IMG/VR virus record: IMGVR_UViG_3300031578_000014
Reading direction: 5' to 3' (one strand)
DNA length: 64,000 bases
Origin: a virus
The position numbers and the translations under genes are program-made. Positions 35,205 through 43,501 of this stretch are shown in pieces; the first letter of the stretch is position 1, and each line of letters starts with the position of its first letter. The notes beneath the pieces are model-generated. The model did not search any database. It saw only the letters and a program-made list of their open reading frames with translations, and had not been told where the DNA came from.

Positions 35205-35672
35205 ATGACCAAACGCAAGCCCATTCCTTTCGGGGACCTAGGGGAACTGATGGTCGATGCGGGGGCGTTGCCTGCCTTAGAGTACATTCGGCTGCTAGTA
35301 GACCTCTTCGGCGCAGAACCCATCATCGCCGCCGTGAGAAACCACGAGCGAAGACCGGTTGATTGGGATGTCACCGTGGAGAAGTGGATAGAAGGGCAAC
35401 CGCCCCAACGCCGGATGAAGCTGATTCAGGACGGTACAGCTATAAGGGCAATTGAGCACCACACGGATTCTCGCTGTAGGCTGCACTACGACATACCCGA
35501 GGATTTCGGCTATGAGCGGAAATGGTTCGTATCGATGGACGATAATTGTGGCTTGGCGGACAGTCTTATCGATGCAGTGAGACAGGCGGTCAGCGAGGCG
35601 AAGCAAGAAGAAGCGCGGGAAGAAGCATTGAGGGAGGCGCTGCCTCTTCCGCCAAGAACGCCTATCGGCTGA
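35205..35672 (+). CDS. hypothetical protein
   Basis: Track ORF, GGGGGGAG RBS. Confidence 0.6.
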   Translation: MTKRKPIPFGDLGELMVDAGALPALEYIRLLVDLFGAEPIIAAVRNHERRPVDWDVTVEKWIEGQPPQRRMKLIQDGTAIRAIEHHTDSRCRLHYDIPEDFGYERKWFVSMDDNCGLADSLIDAVRQAVSEAKQEEAREEALREALPLPPRTPIG

Positions 35673-35687
35673 ATCCTCTCAATCAGC

Positions 35688-35716
35688 TTGCACGTTCTCA
35701 GAAAATGTGGTATAAT
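35688..35716 (+). promoter_or_regulatory. near-consensus sigma70 promoter with extended -10
   Basis: TTGCAC(35688-93)-N17-TGgTATAAT(35708-16). Confidence 0.75.
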
Positions 35717-35722
35717 ACTAAG

Positions 35723-36569
35723 TAGACGTTGCTCCTCTGTTCGCGAAAGTCGGCTTTGCATGCCGTGCGCTTGACAGCCTAGCGACAGAGGCGCTACTTT
35801 TACTAAAGTTCAGAAATGGTGGAAGACCATGTGCGACAGAATAGAAGATTGTAGACTACGCCAAATCATTCTCTATGCCCATGAACATTACGGGGACGAA
35901 TGAATCCCTTGGCAGGTAGCCTTGATTAGCTGCCAGAAGGCGACAGAACAGGACTTGGAATGGGCCAAGAAACAGGCTGTAGAATTGGGCTTAGAAGATT
36001 TAGCTGGTGTGTGTTTAGAGAAATCGTAGGCAGCGGGGCGCTGCCTAGCTCCCCCGGCACATAGTATGGCCGGGCCGACAGCCCCGAGGGGCTTGTCTCT
36101 GGCTTCGCTGGCTGTGCCGCAAACAGCCCGCTGGTGGAGGGTGACGGGAGTAATCCTGCCCACCCCTGGCTTTTGCCCCTGAGCCTATCAGGGGCCTCTG
36201 GTCCGGGGAACCTGTCGCTATCGTTCTATCCGCCCACCGGCTGCGGATTGGGAAGCTGCCGACAAACAGCCGGAAGGCTATCGACGGCGTGACGGGCCTG
36301 GACTATTCCCACTGTCCCTTACCACATGATATAGCGCCGGGAGGCGGCAAGTACCCCGGCATGAGAAAGTAAGGGCACCGGCGGACCGCCCGACAAGGTG
36401 CCCAACGAGCCGATGAGCCAGGGAGCGATCCCCGGCTCTTTCTGCATACAGAACGTATACGATTGACTACCAAACGTATACGCTGAGTAGTTTAACACTG
36501 AATAGTTTACCCATGTAAAGCGTGAGCCATTGCGCCGTTCGGGAGTCGCTTCCCGGGCGGCGCTTTTTT
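35723..36569 (+). ncRNA. candidate long structured non-coding transcript (unclassified)
   Basis: Bounded by promoter 35688-716 and terminator 36532-69; no + strand ORF of 60 aa or more; many GC helices incl. a GGAA tetraloop hairpin. Confidence 0.4.
36532..36569 (+). terminator. intrinsic terminator
   Basis: GCGCCGTTCGGGA-gtcgct-TCCCGGGCGGCGC (13 bp incl. 2 G:U) followed by TTTTTT. Confidence 0.8.
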
Positions 36570-36598
36570 GTTGCCCAACAAATGGCGGGAGGGGTGGG

Positions 36599-36718
36599 AT
36601 GGCCGAGATTCTTATGAACGTGGGCGTGCAGGGGATGATCCTCGGCTGGGCCATAGCGTTGATCACATTCGCCATGGCCGGTTTCTGCATGCTGATACTG
36701 GCGAAGTTCGCGAGGTAG
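36599..36718 (+). CDS. 39-aa membrane peptide
   Basis: ATG behind GGGAGGGGTGGG; MAEILMNVGVQGMILGWAIALITFAMAGFCMLILAKFAR. Confidence 0.5.
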   Translation: MAEILMNVGVQGMILGWAIALITFAMAGFCMLILAKFAR

Positions 36719-36720
36719 CT

Positions 36721-36813
36721 ATGCCCTATACGCCAGAGACCGTACCTGACTACGTACCCGATGACAAAGCCGATCAGTGGGCGAAGGTCTGGAATAGCGC
36801 CTACGACACCTGA
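36721..36813 (+). CDS. ChaB-like N-terminal segment ending at an in-frame TGA
   Basis: MPYTPETVPDYVPDDKADQWAKVWNSAYDT resembles the ChaB N-terminus (MPY..LP..V..P..A....FNSAWD); in frame with 36892..38271. Confidence 0.5.
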   Translation: MPYTPETVPDYVPDDKADQWAKVWNSAYDT

Positions 36814-36891
36814 ATTGAGGAAGGCGGCAGTCAGGACGACTGCGAGGCTTCCGCTTTCGCGCAGGCCAGCGGCGCGATCAAGGAGAACGCT

Positions 36892-38271
36892 ATGAATGCT
36901 TTGGAGAGGTTGCGGGAAAGAATAAGCGCCGCCTTTGCGGAGGCGCTAGAGCCCTCGATCAAGGAGTCAAACGAGGAAGCAAGGGCGATCTCGGGCTGCG
37001 ACATGATAGCGCAGGTATATGCCCAGCTATGGGATTCGACCGATGAGCTGCTGAGGAACGCGTGGCTTCTGGATTTCTTCCTTGACGATGGCGTGCTCTA
37101 CATGGTCATCGCGAGTGAGGGCAAGCTATACCGCGCGAAGCTTGACGTCGACTCAGCGACAGATACGGTGATCTTGGGTGAGTGGCAACAGATCAAGGTA
37201 GACCATGTGCCCATCGAAACGAGGCTTACGGTAGAGCGCCAGGCAGACGGCAGGTGCCGGTTCGTGGCGATCGCCAACACGGCGATTCTGAACCGCGTCG
37301 GCGAGATCGACAGTATGGCCTTGTTCGACAACTTCATCCAGCGTGCCGAGGATAGCGGAAAGTACCCCTACGTCACCTTCTACCACATCAGCAATGAGAA
37401 GCTCCTCCCTACGTTCCGCATGGGTCAGTGTGACTACCTGGCTCGAGATGAGGTGGCCTACATCGTCACCGGCTTGCTAGACGAATCGACGCCTCTCGGT
37501 GCGGATATGGCGCGTGCCCTAGAGGAGAACGCCGAGATTTGGGGCACGTCTATCGGATTCAACCCCACGGCCCCGCCTGAGCTGGCGGAGATCGGCGGGG
37601 TAAGGATTCCCGTATATCGCGAGGGGGAGCATAGCGAGCTGTCGCTCATTCTGAAGGAAGATGCGGCGGCTCTCTTCACGGCAGTTATTAGAGAGGAGGT
37701 TAGCATGGACAGCAGAATCGCCAAGGCGCTAGAAGCGCTTGGACTGAGCGAGGAGCGGATCGCGGAACTCGGTACTTTGGTCGATGACGTCAAGCACCGT
37801 GTCAAGGATGAGGATATGGTGACGCGAGAAATCGAAGAGGCACCCGCGGAGACACCAGAAGTAGTGCTCGTAGAAGAGTTGGTAGAAGAGCCTGTGGAAG
37901 AGCCCGCAGAAGTGGTACTCGATGAGGAAGCACTGCCCGCGCTCGCCGAAGGACTCCTGAGTTCCGAACCCTTCCAGGGGATTCTCGTGCCCATCGTAGA
38001 GAGCCTGGAGGCGCTTGGCAAGAGGCTCGAAGAGGCGGTGGCTACACTGACCGCAACCCAGACGGAGGCGCTGGAGCCGATCCGTACCAGGCTCGATCAG
38101 TTGGAGCGGACCGACGACGAGAAGAAGGACGAGTGGATGAAGGACTTGCCCGCCAAACGGCAGCTCACTGTGAAATACCGTGCGCCGGGTAGGGAGCAGG
38201 GTGAACCGGCCCCTAAGACTTATGCGGAAACGGCTGAGGAAACCGTAGCCGCGATCAAAGGAGGCGCATAA
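36892..38271 (+). CDS. prohead protease / scaffold fusion (HK97 S78-like), tentative
   Basis: Position before the capsid gene; YVTFYHIS...VTGLLDES...WGTSIGFNPT protease-like core; long acidic coiled C-terminal half. Confidence 0.55.
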   Translation: MNALERLRERISAAFAEALEPSIKESNEEARAISGCDMIAQVYAQLWDSTDELLRNAWLLDFFLDDGVLYMVIASEGKLYRAKLDVDSATDTVILGEWQQIKVDHVPIETRLTVERQADGRCRFVAIANTAILNRVGEIDSMALFDNFIQRAEDSGKYPYVTFYHISNEKLLPTFRMGQCDYLARDEVAYIVTGLLDESTPLGADMARALEENAEIWGTSIGFNPTAPPELAEIGGVRIPVYREGEHSELSLILKEDAAALFTAVIREEVSMDSRIAKALEALGLSEERIAELGTLVDDVKHRVKDEDMVTREIEEAPAETPEVVLVEELVEEPVEEPAEVVLDEEALPALAEGLLSSEPFQGILVPIVESLEALGKRLEEAVATLTATQTEALEPIRTRLDQLERTDDEKKDEWMKDLPAKRQLTVKYRAPGREQGEPAPKTYAETAEETVAAIKGGA

Positions 38272-39656
38272 TGAGTGAACTTGAATCAGTATTGGCCCAC
38301 CTGGCAGACACCAGCGAGGCCAACGCTAGTGCGGTCCGGCAGTTGCTCAAGACCAACGATCAACTGGTCCGCCGCCTCACGATAGGGGACGACGCGACTA
38401 TCTTCGGATGTTGCGGGTTGTTCGACCTCTGTAGCAACCAGGATCTGATGTCGCTCTCCCTGGAGGGCGCCAACAAGTTCCTCGACTGGCTGGGGTGGAT
38501 CCTCACCGAAGTCTGCATCGAGAGACGGTCCTTCATCAACTTCGTGAGGCCGGAGCAGTATGCAGGCGCGTGCACCGCCGGGTATCTGGCGGATCCGTGC
38601 GCCGACCCGAACTCCTACGAGTTCGGTACCTGTGACTTCATCATCCAGGACTACGGGCGCTTGCGGAGAGAGGGCCACGTTCAGGACGTGACCTATGACT
38701 TCATGAAATACTGCGAACGCCAGCCGATGTACCGTCTGGATGGGTCTCTGATAACCAACCAGACCGAGTACGAGATGCGCTTCGCCACTGAGGTCATTCT
38801 GCAGGACCTGAAGCGATATACCGTCACCGGAGCGGCGGCCCCTGGCCTGTTTGACGGCCTGGAGTCTTTGGTGACCAACGGCTATGTCGATCCCAACGGC
38901 AAGCCCTGTTCCTCGATGGACAGTATCGTCATCGACTGGAATCAGAACACGATGGCTGGCGGAGCGGGCATCACCTGGAACGGTGGTGCGGTAGGTGCCG
39001 GGTTCAACTTTGTTGATGTGCTGATGGCCGTCTACAGGCACATCAAGCAAAACATCTCGTGGGCGCCTTCGCTGGCGGCGCGTCAGATGCAGGTCGGCGA
39101 GATGATCATCCTCTTGCCCGGCTTCCTCCGGCAGTGCCTGTTGGATTCGTTCACGTGCTGGTCTGTCTGCCCCGGTGCTCAGTATCAAGAGGTAGCGATA
39201 CAGAGCTACGAGGCCAGGCAGTTCCGCCTCTCCCTGAACGGCGGCATGTTTGGGGATGGGGCAATCAGCATCGACGGGTTTACGATCCCTCTCATTCAAT
39301 ACGATTGGGAGTTGACCAAGGGTCCGACCCGCGGGGACATCTACCTGCTCACCGGCGGCATCGGCGGGGTGAAGACTCTGCATGGTGAGATGCTGGATAT
39401 GAGCAAGATCCCCTCCAAGCATGACGGGTTTGCCTATACCGATGGCGGAAGGCTCCTGACGTGGGAGGAGCAGGACCATACCTGCGTAAAGCAGATTGTA
39501 GAGATGAGGCCTCGAATCGTCGCGTGGGCGCCGTGGACGTTGGCACGGTTCCACGATGTCAGGTGCGCGGTTCCTGGTGGACCTAAGAGCCCGGATCCTT
39601 GTGAGGAGAGTTACCACCCCGAGGAGTGCTTCTGCGTGGCTCAGTGCCCGGAATAG
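38271..39656 (+). CDS. major capsid protein (by position)
   Basis: 461-aa ORF directly after protease/scaffold, TAATG overlap; followed by a GC stem-loop. Confidence 0.55.
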   Translation: MSELESVLAHLADTSEANASAVRQLLKTNDQLVRRLTIGDDATIFGCCGLFDLCSNQDLMSLSLEGANKFLDWLGWILTEVCIERRSFINFVRPEQYAGACTAGYLADPCADPNSYEFGTCDFIIQDYGRLRREGHVQDVTYDFMKYCERQPMYRLDGSLITNQTEYEMRFATEVILQDLKRYTVTGAAAPGLFDGLESLVTNGYVDPNGKPCSSMDSIVIDWNQNTMAGGAGITWNGGAVGAGFNFVDVLMAVYRHIKQNISWAPSLAARQMQVGEMIILLPGFLRQCLLDSFTCWSVCPGAQYQEVAIQSYEARQFRLSLNGGMFGDGAISIDGFTIPLIQYDWELTKGPTRGDIYLLTGGIGGVKTLHGEMLDMSKIPSKHDGFAYTDGGRLLTWEEQDHTCVKQIVEMRPRIVAWAPWTLARFHDVRCAVPGGPKSPDPCEESYHPEECFCVAQCPE

Positions 39657-39663
39657 CATGATA

Positions 39664-39683
39664 GGGGGGCAGCGTCGCCCCCC
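39664..39683 (+). other. GC-rich stem-loop downstream of the capsid gene
   Basis: GGGGGGC-agcgtc-GCCCCCC; only a weak T tract follows, so not a canonical terminator. Confidence 0.35.
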
Positions 39684-39703
39684 CTTACTAGAAGGGGGCA
39701 TCC

Positions 39704-41572
39704 GTGCAGGAACTGACGGCCATAGTACCGTTCTGGAACGGACACGAGACGATCGAGCGGTTGCTGCGTAGTCTACCAGTCGACCTTCCGGTGATCATTG
39801 TGGACGATCACTCGGATAAGGCTCTCGATCTGGACGTGGAGATCATCCGCCCTCTGGAGAAGGGATACTTCTCGGGGGCGGTCAACGCTGGCATGCGGGC
39901 CTGCGACACTGATGTTCTCATTCTGAATCAGGATGTGTGGCTTGAGGACGGCTGGCTCGATCATCTGAACGGACTGCGGGAGAAGCATCAGATCGTCGGC
40001 GACGGGGTGATGAGTCACCCCGTATGGCCTCAGGGCTACGTGCAAGGAACGTTCATGTACGTAGCCCGCGCTGTGATTGAACGGGTAGGGTTCCTGAATG
40101 AACGGGACTACCCGCTATGGGGTTCGACGTGCGAATACCAGCTAAGGGCGTGCAGGAAGGGGTTCAGCGCCTATCCGACTGAGGAGTTCAATCAGTGGAT
40201 GAAGCATGAACCCAGGCCGGAGGGCAGCCCATTCGGACCAGCGATCACGGAAGCGATCAAGCGGGAGCCGAACAAGAAGAACCTGTTCATCCGCACGCCG
40301 CCGGCGATCTCCGTAGTGGTGCCTTGCTACAACTATGGGCGATACCTCACGGATTGCATCAATTCTCTGATAGGCGGTGATACATGCCTCGGGCTGATGG
40401 ACGGCCAGACCTTCCAGTCCTTCGAGGTCATTATCGTCGACGACGCCAGTACGGATGAAACGGCAGAGATCGGCCGGGCGTTCGCGGATCCTTGGAAGGG
40501 CATCCGATACATCAGGCACAAGAGGAACCTCGGGACGCCGTTCGCCCTGAACACCGGCGTAAAGGCGGCTCGGGGTCAGTACATAACTATCCTCTCAGCG
40601 GACGACATGCTGGAGCCGTGGCACCTTGACAGCCTATACCGGGAGTGCGAGGCCAACCCCCAGAGGGTGACCTATGGCGACCTGAGGCAGCTCAAGAGCG
40701 GCCAGAGGGACAAGGCGCTCAAGCTCCCTCAGTACAACTTCGAGCAGGTGTTGAAAAAGAACCCGATGTCGGCGGGGATCATGTATCCGAAGAAGGCCTG
40801 GAGAGAGGCCGGCGGGTACTCCGAGATCATGGTAGAGGGCCGCGAGGACTGGGCTTTCAATATCGCCCTCGGGATACAGGGATGGTGCGGGCTCCATGTG
40901 GGAGGCCCCCCTGGATACCTGATCCGGCGCGAGAAACAGAACAGAAGCCTGACCACGGCGACGGCGGACTACTACAGATTCTTCAGAAGGCAGCTGACGG
41001 CGCTGTTTCCGGCGGTATATGCAGGAGATCGACCTATGGGATGCTGTGGACCTAGAAAAGCCGCTGTGGTGGCGAAAAACCCCACAGCCCGGGTGCAAAG
41101 GGAGGTATACGACGTGGGAGTAAAGGGTATGGCGCTAGTCGTTTTTGAACTGGACATCGGTGCACCGAAGACGATCTATGGCCCGGTGACGGGTATAGCC
41201 TATCAGTTCGGTGGGCGCAGGAAAATAGGGAGGGTAGACAAGAGAGACCTCCGAACGGGAACGGCTAGGAACCCCGGCTTCTTAGAGATGTATCAAGGGA
41301 AGAAGAGGATCTTCAGGGAGACCAAGGACCCCGGCAAGGCGCCCCCGAGAAAGAAGGTAGAGCCTCCGGTCGAGGAGTTCCCGCTTCTCAGTACAGCGGA
41401 GATCCCGGACCCCAGCTCGATGAAGGTCAAGGAGATCAAGGAGTTCTCTGGAAGCCTGGATGATTGGAAGGCCCTCCGCGAGGCCGAAGAGAACGGCAAG
41501 AACAGGGGCACGGCGATCAAGTTCATAGATGCGGCGATAGCCGACGCTGAAGGACAGCCCGACTTGGAATGA
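39704..41572 (+). CDS. dual-domain family-2 glycosyltransferase
   Basis: Two GT-A modules: IVPFWNG..VIIVDDHSD..LNQD and SVVVPCYNYGRYL..IIVDDASTDET..LSADD; GTG start. Confidence 0.8.
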   Translation: MQELTAIVPFWNGHETIERLLRSLPVDLPVIIVDDHSDKALDLDVEIIRPLEKGYFSGAVNAGMRACDTDVLILNQDVWLEDGWLDHLNGLREKHQIVGDGVMSHPVWPQGYVQGTFMYVARAVIERVGFLNERDYPLWGSTCEYQLRACRKGFSAYPTEEFNQWMKHEPRPEGSPFGPAITEAIKREPNKKNLFIRTPPAISVVVPCYNYGRYLTDCINSLIGGDTCLGLMDGQTFQSFEVIIVDDASTDETAEIGRAFADPWKGIRYIRHKRNLGTPFALNTGVKAARGQYITILSADDMLEPWHLDSLYRECEANPQRVTYGDLRQLKSGQRDKALKLPQYNFEQVLKKNPMSAGIMYPKKAWREAGGYSEIMVEGREDWAFNIALGIQGWCGLHVGGPPGYLIRREKQNRSLTTATADYYRFFRRQLTALFPAVYAGDRPMGCCGPRKAAVVAKNPTARVQREVYDVGVKGMALVVFELDIGAPKTIYGPVTGIAYQFGGRRKIGRVDKRDLRTGTARNPGFLEMYQGKKRIFRETKDPGKAPPRKKVEPPVEEFPLLSTAEIPDPSSMKVKEIKEFSGSLDDWKALREAEENGKNRGTAIKFIDAAIADAEGQPDLE

Positions 41573-41886
41573 TCAAACTGGCGCTGGCGGTATGGGGGCT
41601 GACGTGGCTGCTCACTTTCTGGAGCGGCACCGAATGGCTCCGGGAGAAGTTGGGCGTCGGTTACGACACGGATGCCGGGGGCTTTCCCATCGAGAGGTGG
41701 GCTGCCACACGACTAGCAGAATGGGTGAACTGCCCGAGCTGCGCTGCGGTGGTCGCCACTGTAGCGGTGCTCGTATGGAACTGGCTCGGGTTGCCAGGGA
41801 TAGAAGGATTGGCGGTCCTCGGGATAGTTGTCTTGATCGTCAGGTGGTGGCAGGGAGCCAGAGTCAAGAAAGAATGGTGGGTATAG
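41569..41886 (+). CDS. membrane protein
   Basis: TM segments LALAVWGLTWLLTFW and AVLGIVVLIVRWW; CPSC motif. Confidence 0.55.
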   Translation: MIKLALAVWGLTWLLTFWSGTEWLREKLGVGYDTDAGGFPIERWAATRLAEWVNCPSCAAVVATVAVLVWNWLGLPGIEGLAVLGIVVLIVRWWQGARVKKEWWV

Positions 41887-41950
41887 GACGGCACAACCGA
41901 TTCCGTTCTCAAAACGACTCCATATCTCTGCATTCTAGTTCGGAGCTAAG

Positions 41951-42754
41951 ATGACCATAACTGTACTCAGGCCAGGTACCCACGTTGTGCCATTGGGCAT
42001 AGGACTTAGCGTCATATCTAGCGGTGGCGCTCCTGCTGGCAACGGGTTGTTGAACAACCTCATTACCTACTCGGCAGGCAACGAACTCAACGGCGACCGG
42101 CTAGACCTCCACGTCAACGCCCTGCACCTCACGGACGTGAATACCGTCACAAGCAACCCTGGCTGGCCTGGGGTCTATGCGAACTCTCGCCAGTACACGG
42201 CGGCGAATAACGAATATCACACGCGCCCGGGCGACGATGCCTTATTGTCCACCGGGGATATAGATTTCACGCTGGCGACGTGTGTGTATCAGGATTCAAA
42301 ACCGGGCGCATCTATGGCTATTGCAGGCAAAGATAATAATGGTGTCAACACAAGGGAGTATTTGGGTGTTTGGGATCAACCCACAGACCGCTATCGTTGG
42401 ATAGTGCGGGATGGCAACAACATCATTGGTGATGTCAACGCGGTGACTCTCGGCGCACCGGTCCTTGCCACATGGTATCTGATCGTTTGTTGGCATGACG
42501 CGGTGGCGAACACCGTATCTATCCAAGTCAACAATGGGGGAGTGGATGCCGCAGCGACGACTGGAGCGCCAGCTGATACGGCGGGGATTTTTAGAATCAG
42601 TTGGAACCAGGCGGGTTTTGACTGGGACGGTCGCATCGGCCCGACGATGTTCTGGAAGTCCGCAGCCGGGGCGGGCGGAGTATTGACAGCAGCGCAGAGA
42701 ACAGCCCTCTGGAATGGGGGCACGCCGCTCACTTACGCAGCCTTTACGGTATAG
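41951..42754 (+). CDS. LamG/concanavalin-like jelly-roll protein, tentative (virion-associated)
   Basis: Beta-rich sequence DIDFTLATCVYQD..WYLIVCWHD typical of Laminin-G_3-like folds; position in the structural module. Confidence 0.4.
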   Translation: MTITVLRPGTHVVPLGIGLSVISSGGAPAGNGLLNNLITYSAGNELNGDRLDLHVNALHLTDVNTVTSNPGWPGVYANSRQYTAANNEYHTRPGDDALLSTGDIDFTLATCVYQDSKPGASMAIAGKDNNGVNTREYLGVWDQPTDRYRWIVRDGNNIIGDVNAVTLGAPVLATWYLIVCWHDAVANTVSIQVNNGGVDAAATTGAPADTAGIFRISWNQAGFDWDGRIGPTMFWKSAAGAGGVLTAAQRTALWNGGTPLTYAAFTV

Positions 42755-42763
42755 GAGAATAGC

Positions 42764-43501
42764 ATGGCAGGACAGCCAGCGGTCAAGGGTCAGCCGTTCA
42801 CCTTCTACGCCTACCTGACCAGTCAAGCGAATACGAACATCTTCCAGGTCAACCCAACCCTAGCAGCAGGGGATGTCCTGGTATCGGTAGACGGCGGCGC
42901 CTTGGATCCTATCACGGTACTCCCAACTGTAGTTCCTGCTGGGGGCCCCCAGGTTCAGGTCAATCTCGCTGGCGCAGAAGTAGGGGATATGACAGCGGTT
43001 TGGTTCCACGACGTGCTCGGAGGCGAGTGGCAAGACGTGACATACATAGTCGGGACCGACATTCAGCAGATAGGGGACCTAGCTGTGCCCGGAGATGAAA
43101 TGGCACTGGAGGACGACGCTATAACGAGTGCCAAGTACGACGAAACGACAGCCTTTCCTCTCGAAGCGGAGGATGCTGGCGCGACTGAGGTAGCGCGAAC
43201 CGGGGCGGATGCGGATACCTTGGAGACCTTGAGCGATCAGATAGACGGCGTCTGTACTCTGGGGGCCGGCGCAGTAGAAGTGACCTATACGCTGCTTAGC
43301 ACGGTAGGGCCTTTTGATCCGATTCCCGACGCGGACGTTTGGGTGACTACGGACATTGGAGGCCTGAACGTGATAGCCGGTGGCAGGACAGACGCCCTTG
43401 GGGAAGTGGTCTTCTGGCTGGATTCCGGAACAACCGTCTACGTCTGGCGGCAGAAGACTGGATGGAACTTCACCAATCCAGATACGGAGGATGTACCCTG
43501 A
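42764..43501 (+). CDS. structural-module hypothetical protein
   Basis: Track ORF with RBS. Confidence 0.55.
   Translation: MAGQPAVKGQPFTFYAYLTSQANTNIFQVNPTLAAGDVLVSVDGGALDPITVLPTVVPAGGPQVQVNLAGAEVGDMTAVWFHDVLGGEWQDVTYIVGTDIQQIGDLAVPGDEMALEDDAITSAKYDETTAFPLEAEDAGATEVARTGADADTLETLSDQIDGVCTLGAGAVEVTYTLLSTVGPFDPIPDADVWVTTDIGGLNVIAGGRTDALGEVVFWLDSGTTVYVWRQKTGWNFTNPDTEDVP

Noticed and set aside
36408-36440. Hammerhead-like CGATGAG followed by a hairpin
   Set aside because: The required GAAA after stem II and the cleavage-site helix are absent on either strand.
36027-36530. tRNA (e.g. a UGA suppressor), tmRNA or RNase P RNA hidden in the non-coding region
   Set aside because: Scanning both strands by eye, I found no GTTCRANYC T-loop with matching acceptor stems. 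I also found no tmRNA tag frame or RNase P GGAAAGUCCGG-type core. This is only an eye check, and a tRNAscan/Infernal run is still warranted.
38286-39701. 471-aa ORF on the minus strand, co-extensive with the major capsid gene
   Set aside because: It is a mirror-image shadow ORF typical of GC-rich coding DNA. It has R/P/G-rich low-complexity translation and no RBS. All surrounding genes are on the + strand with tight coupling.
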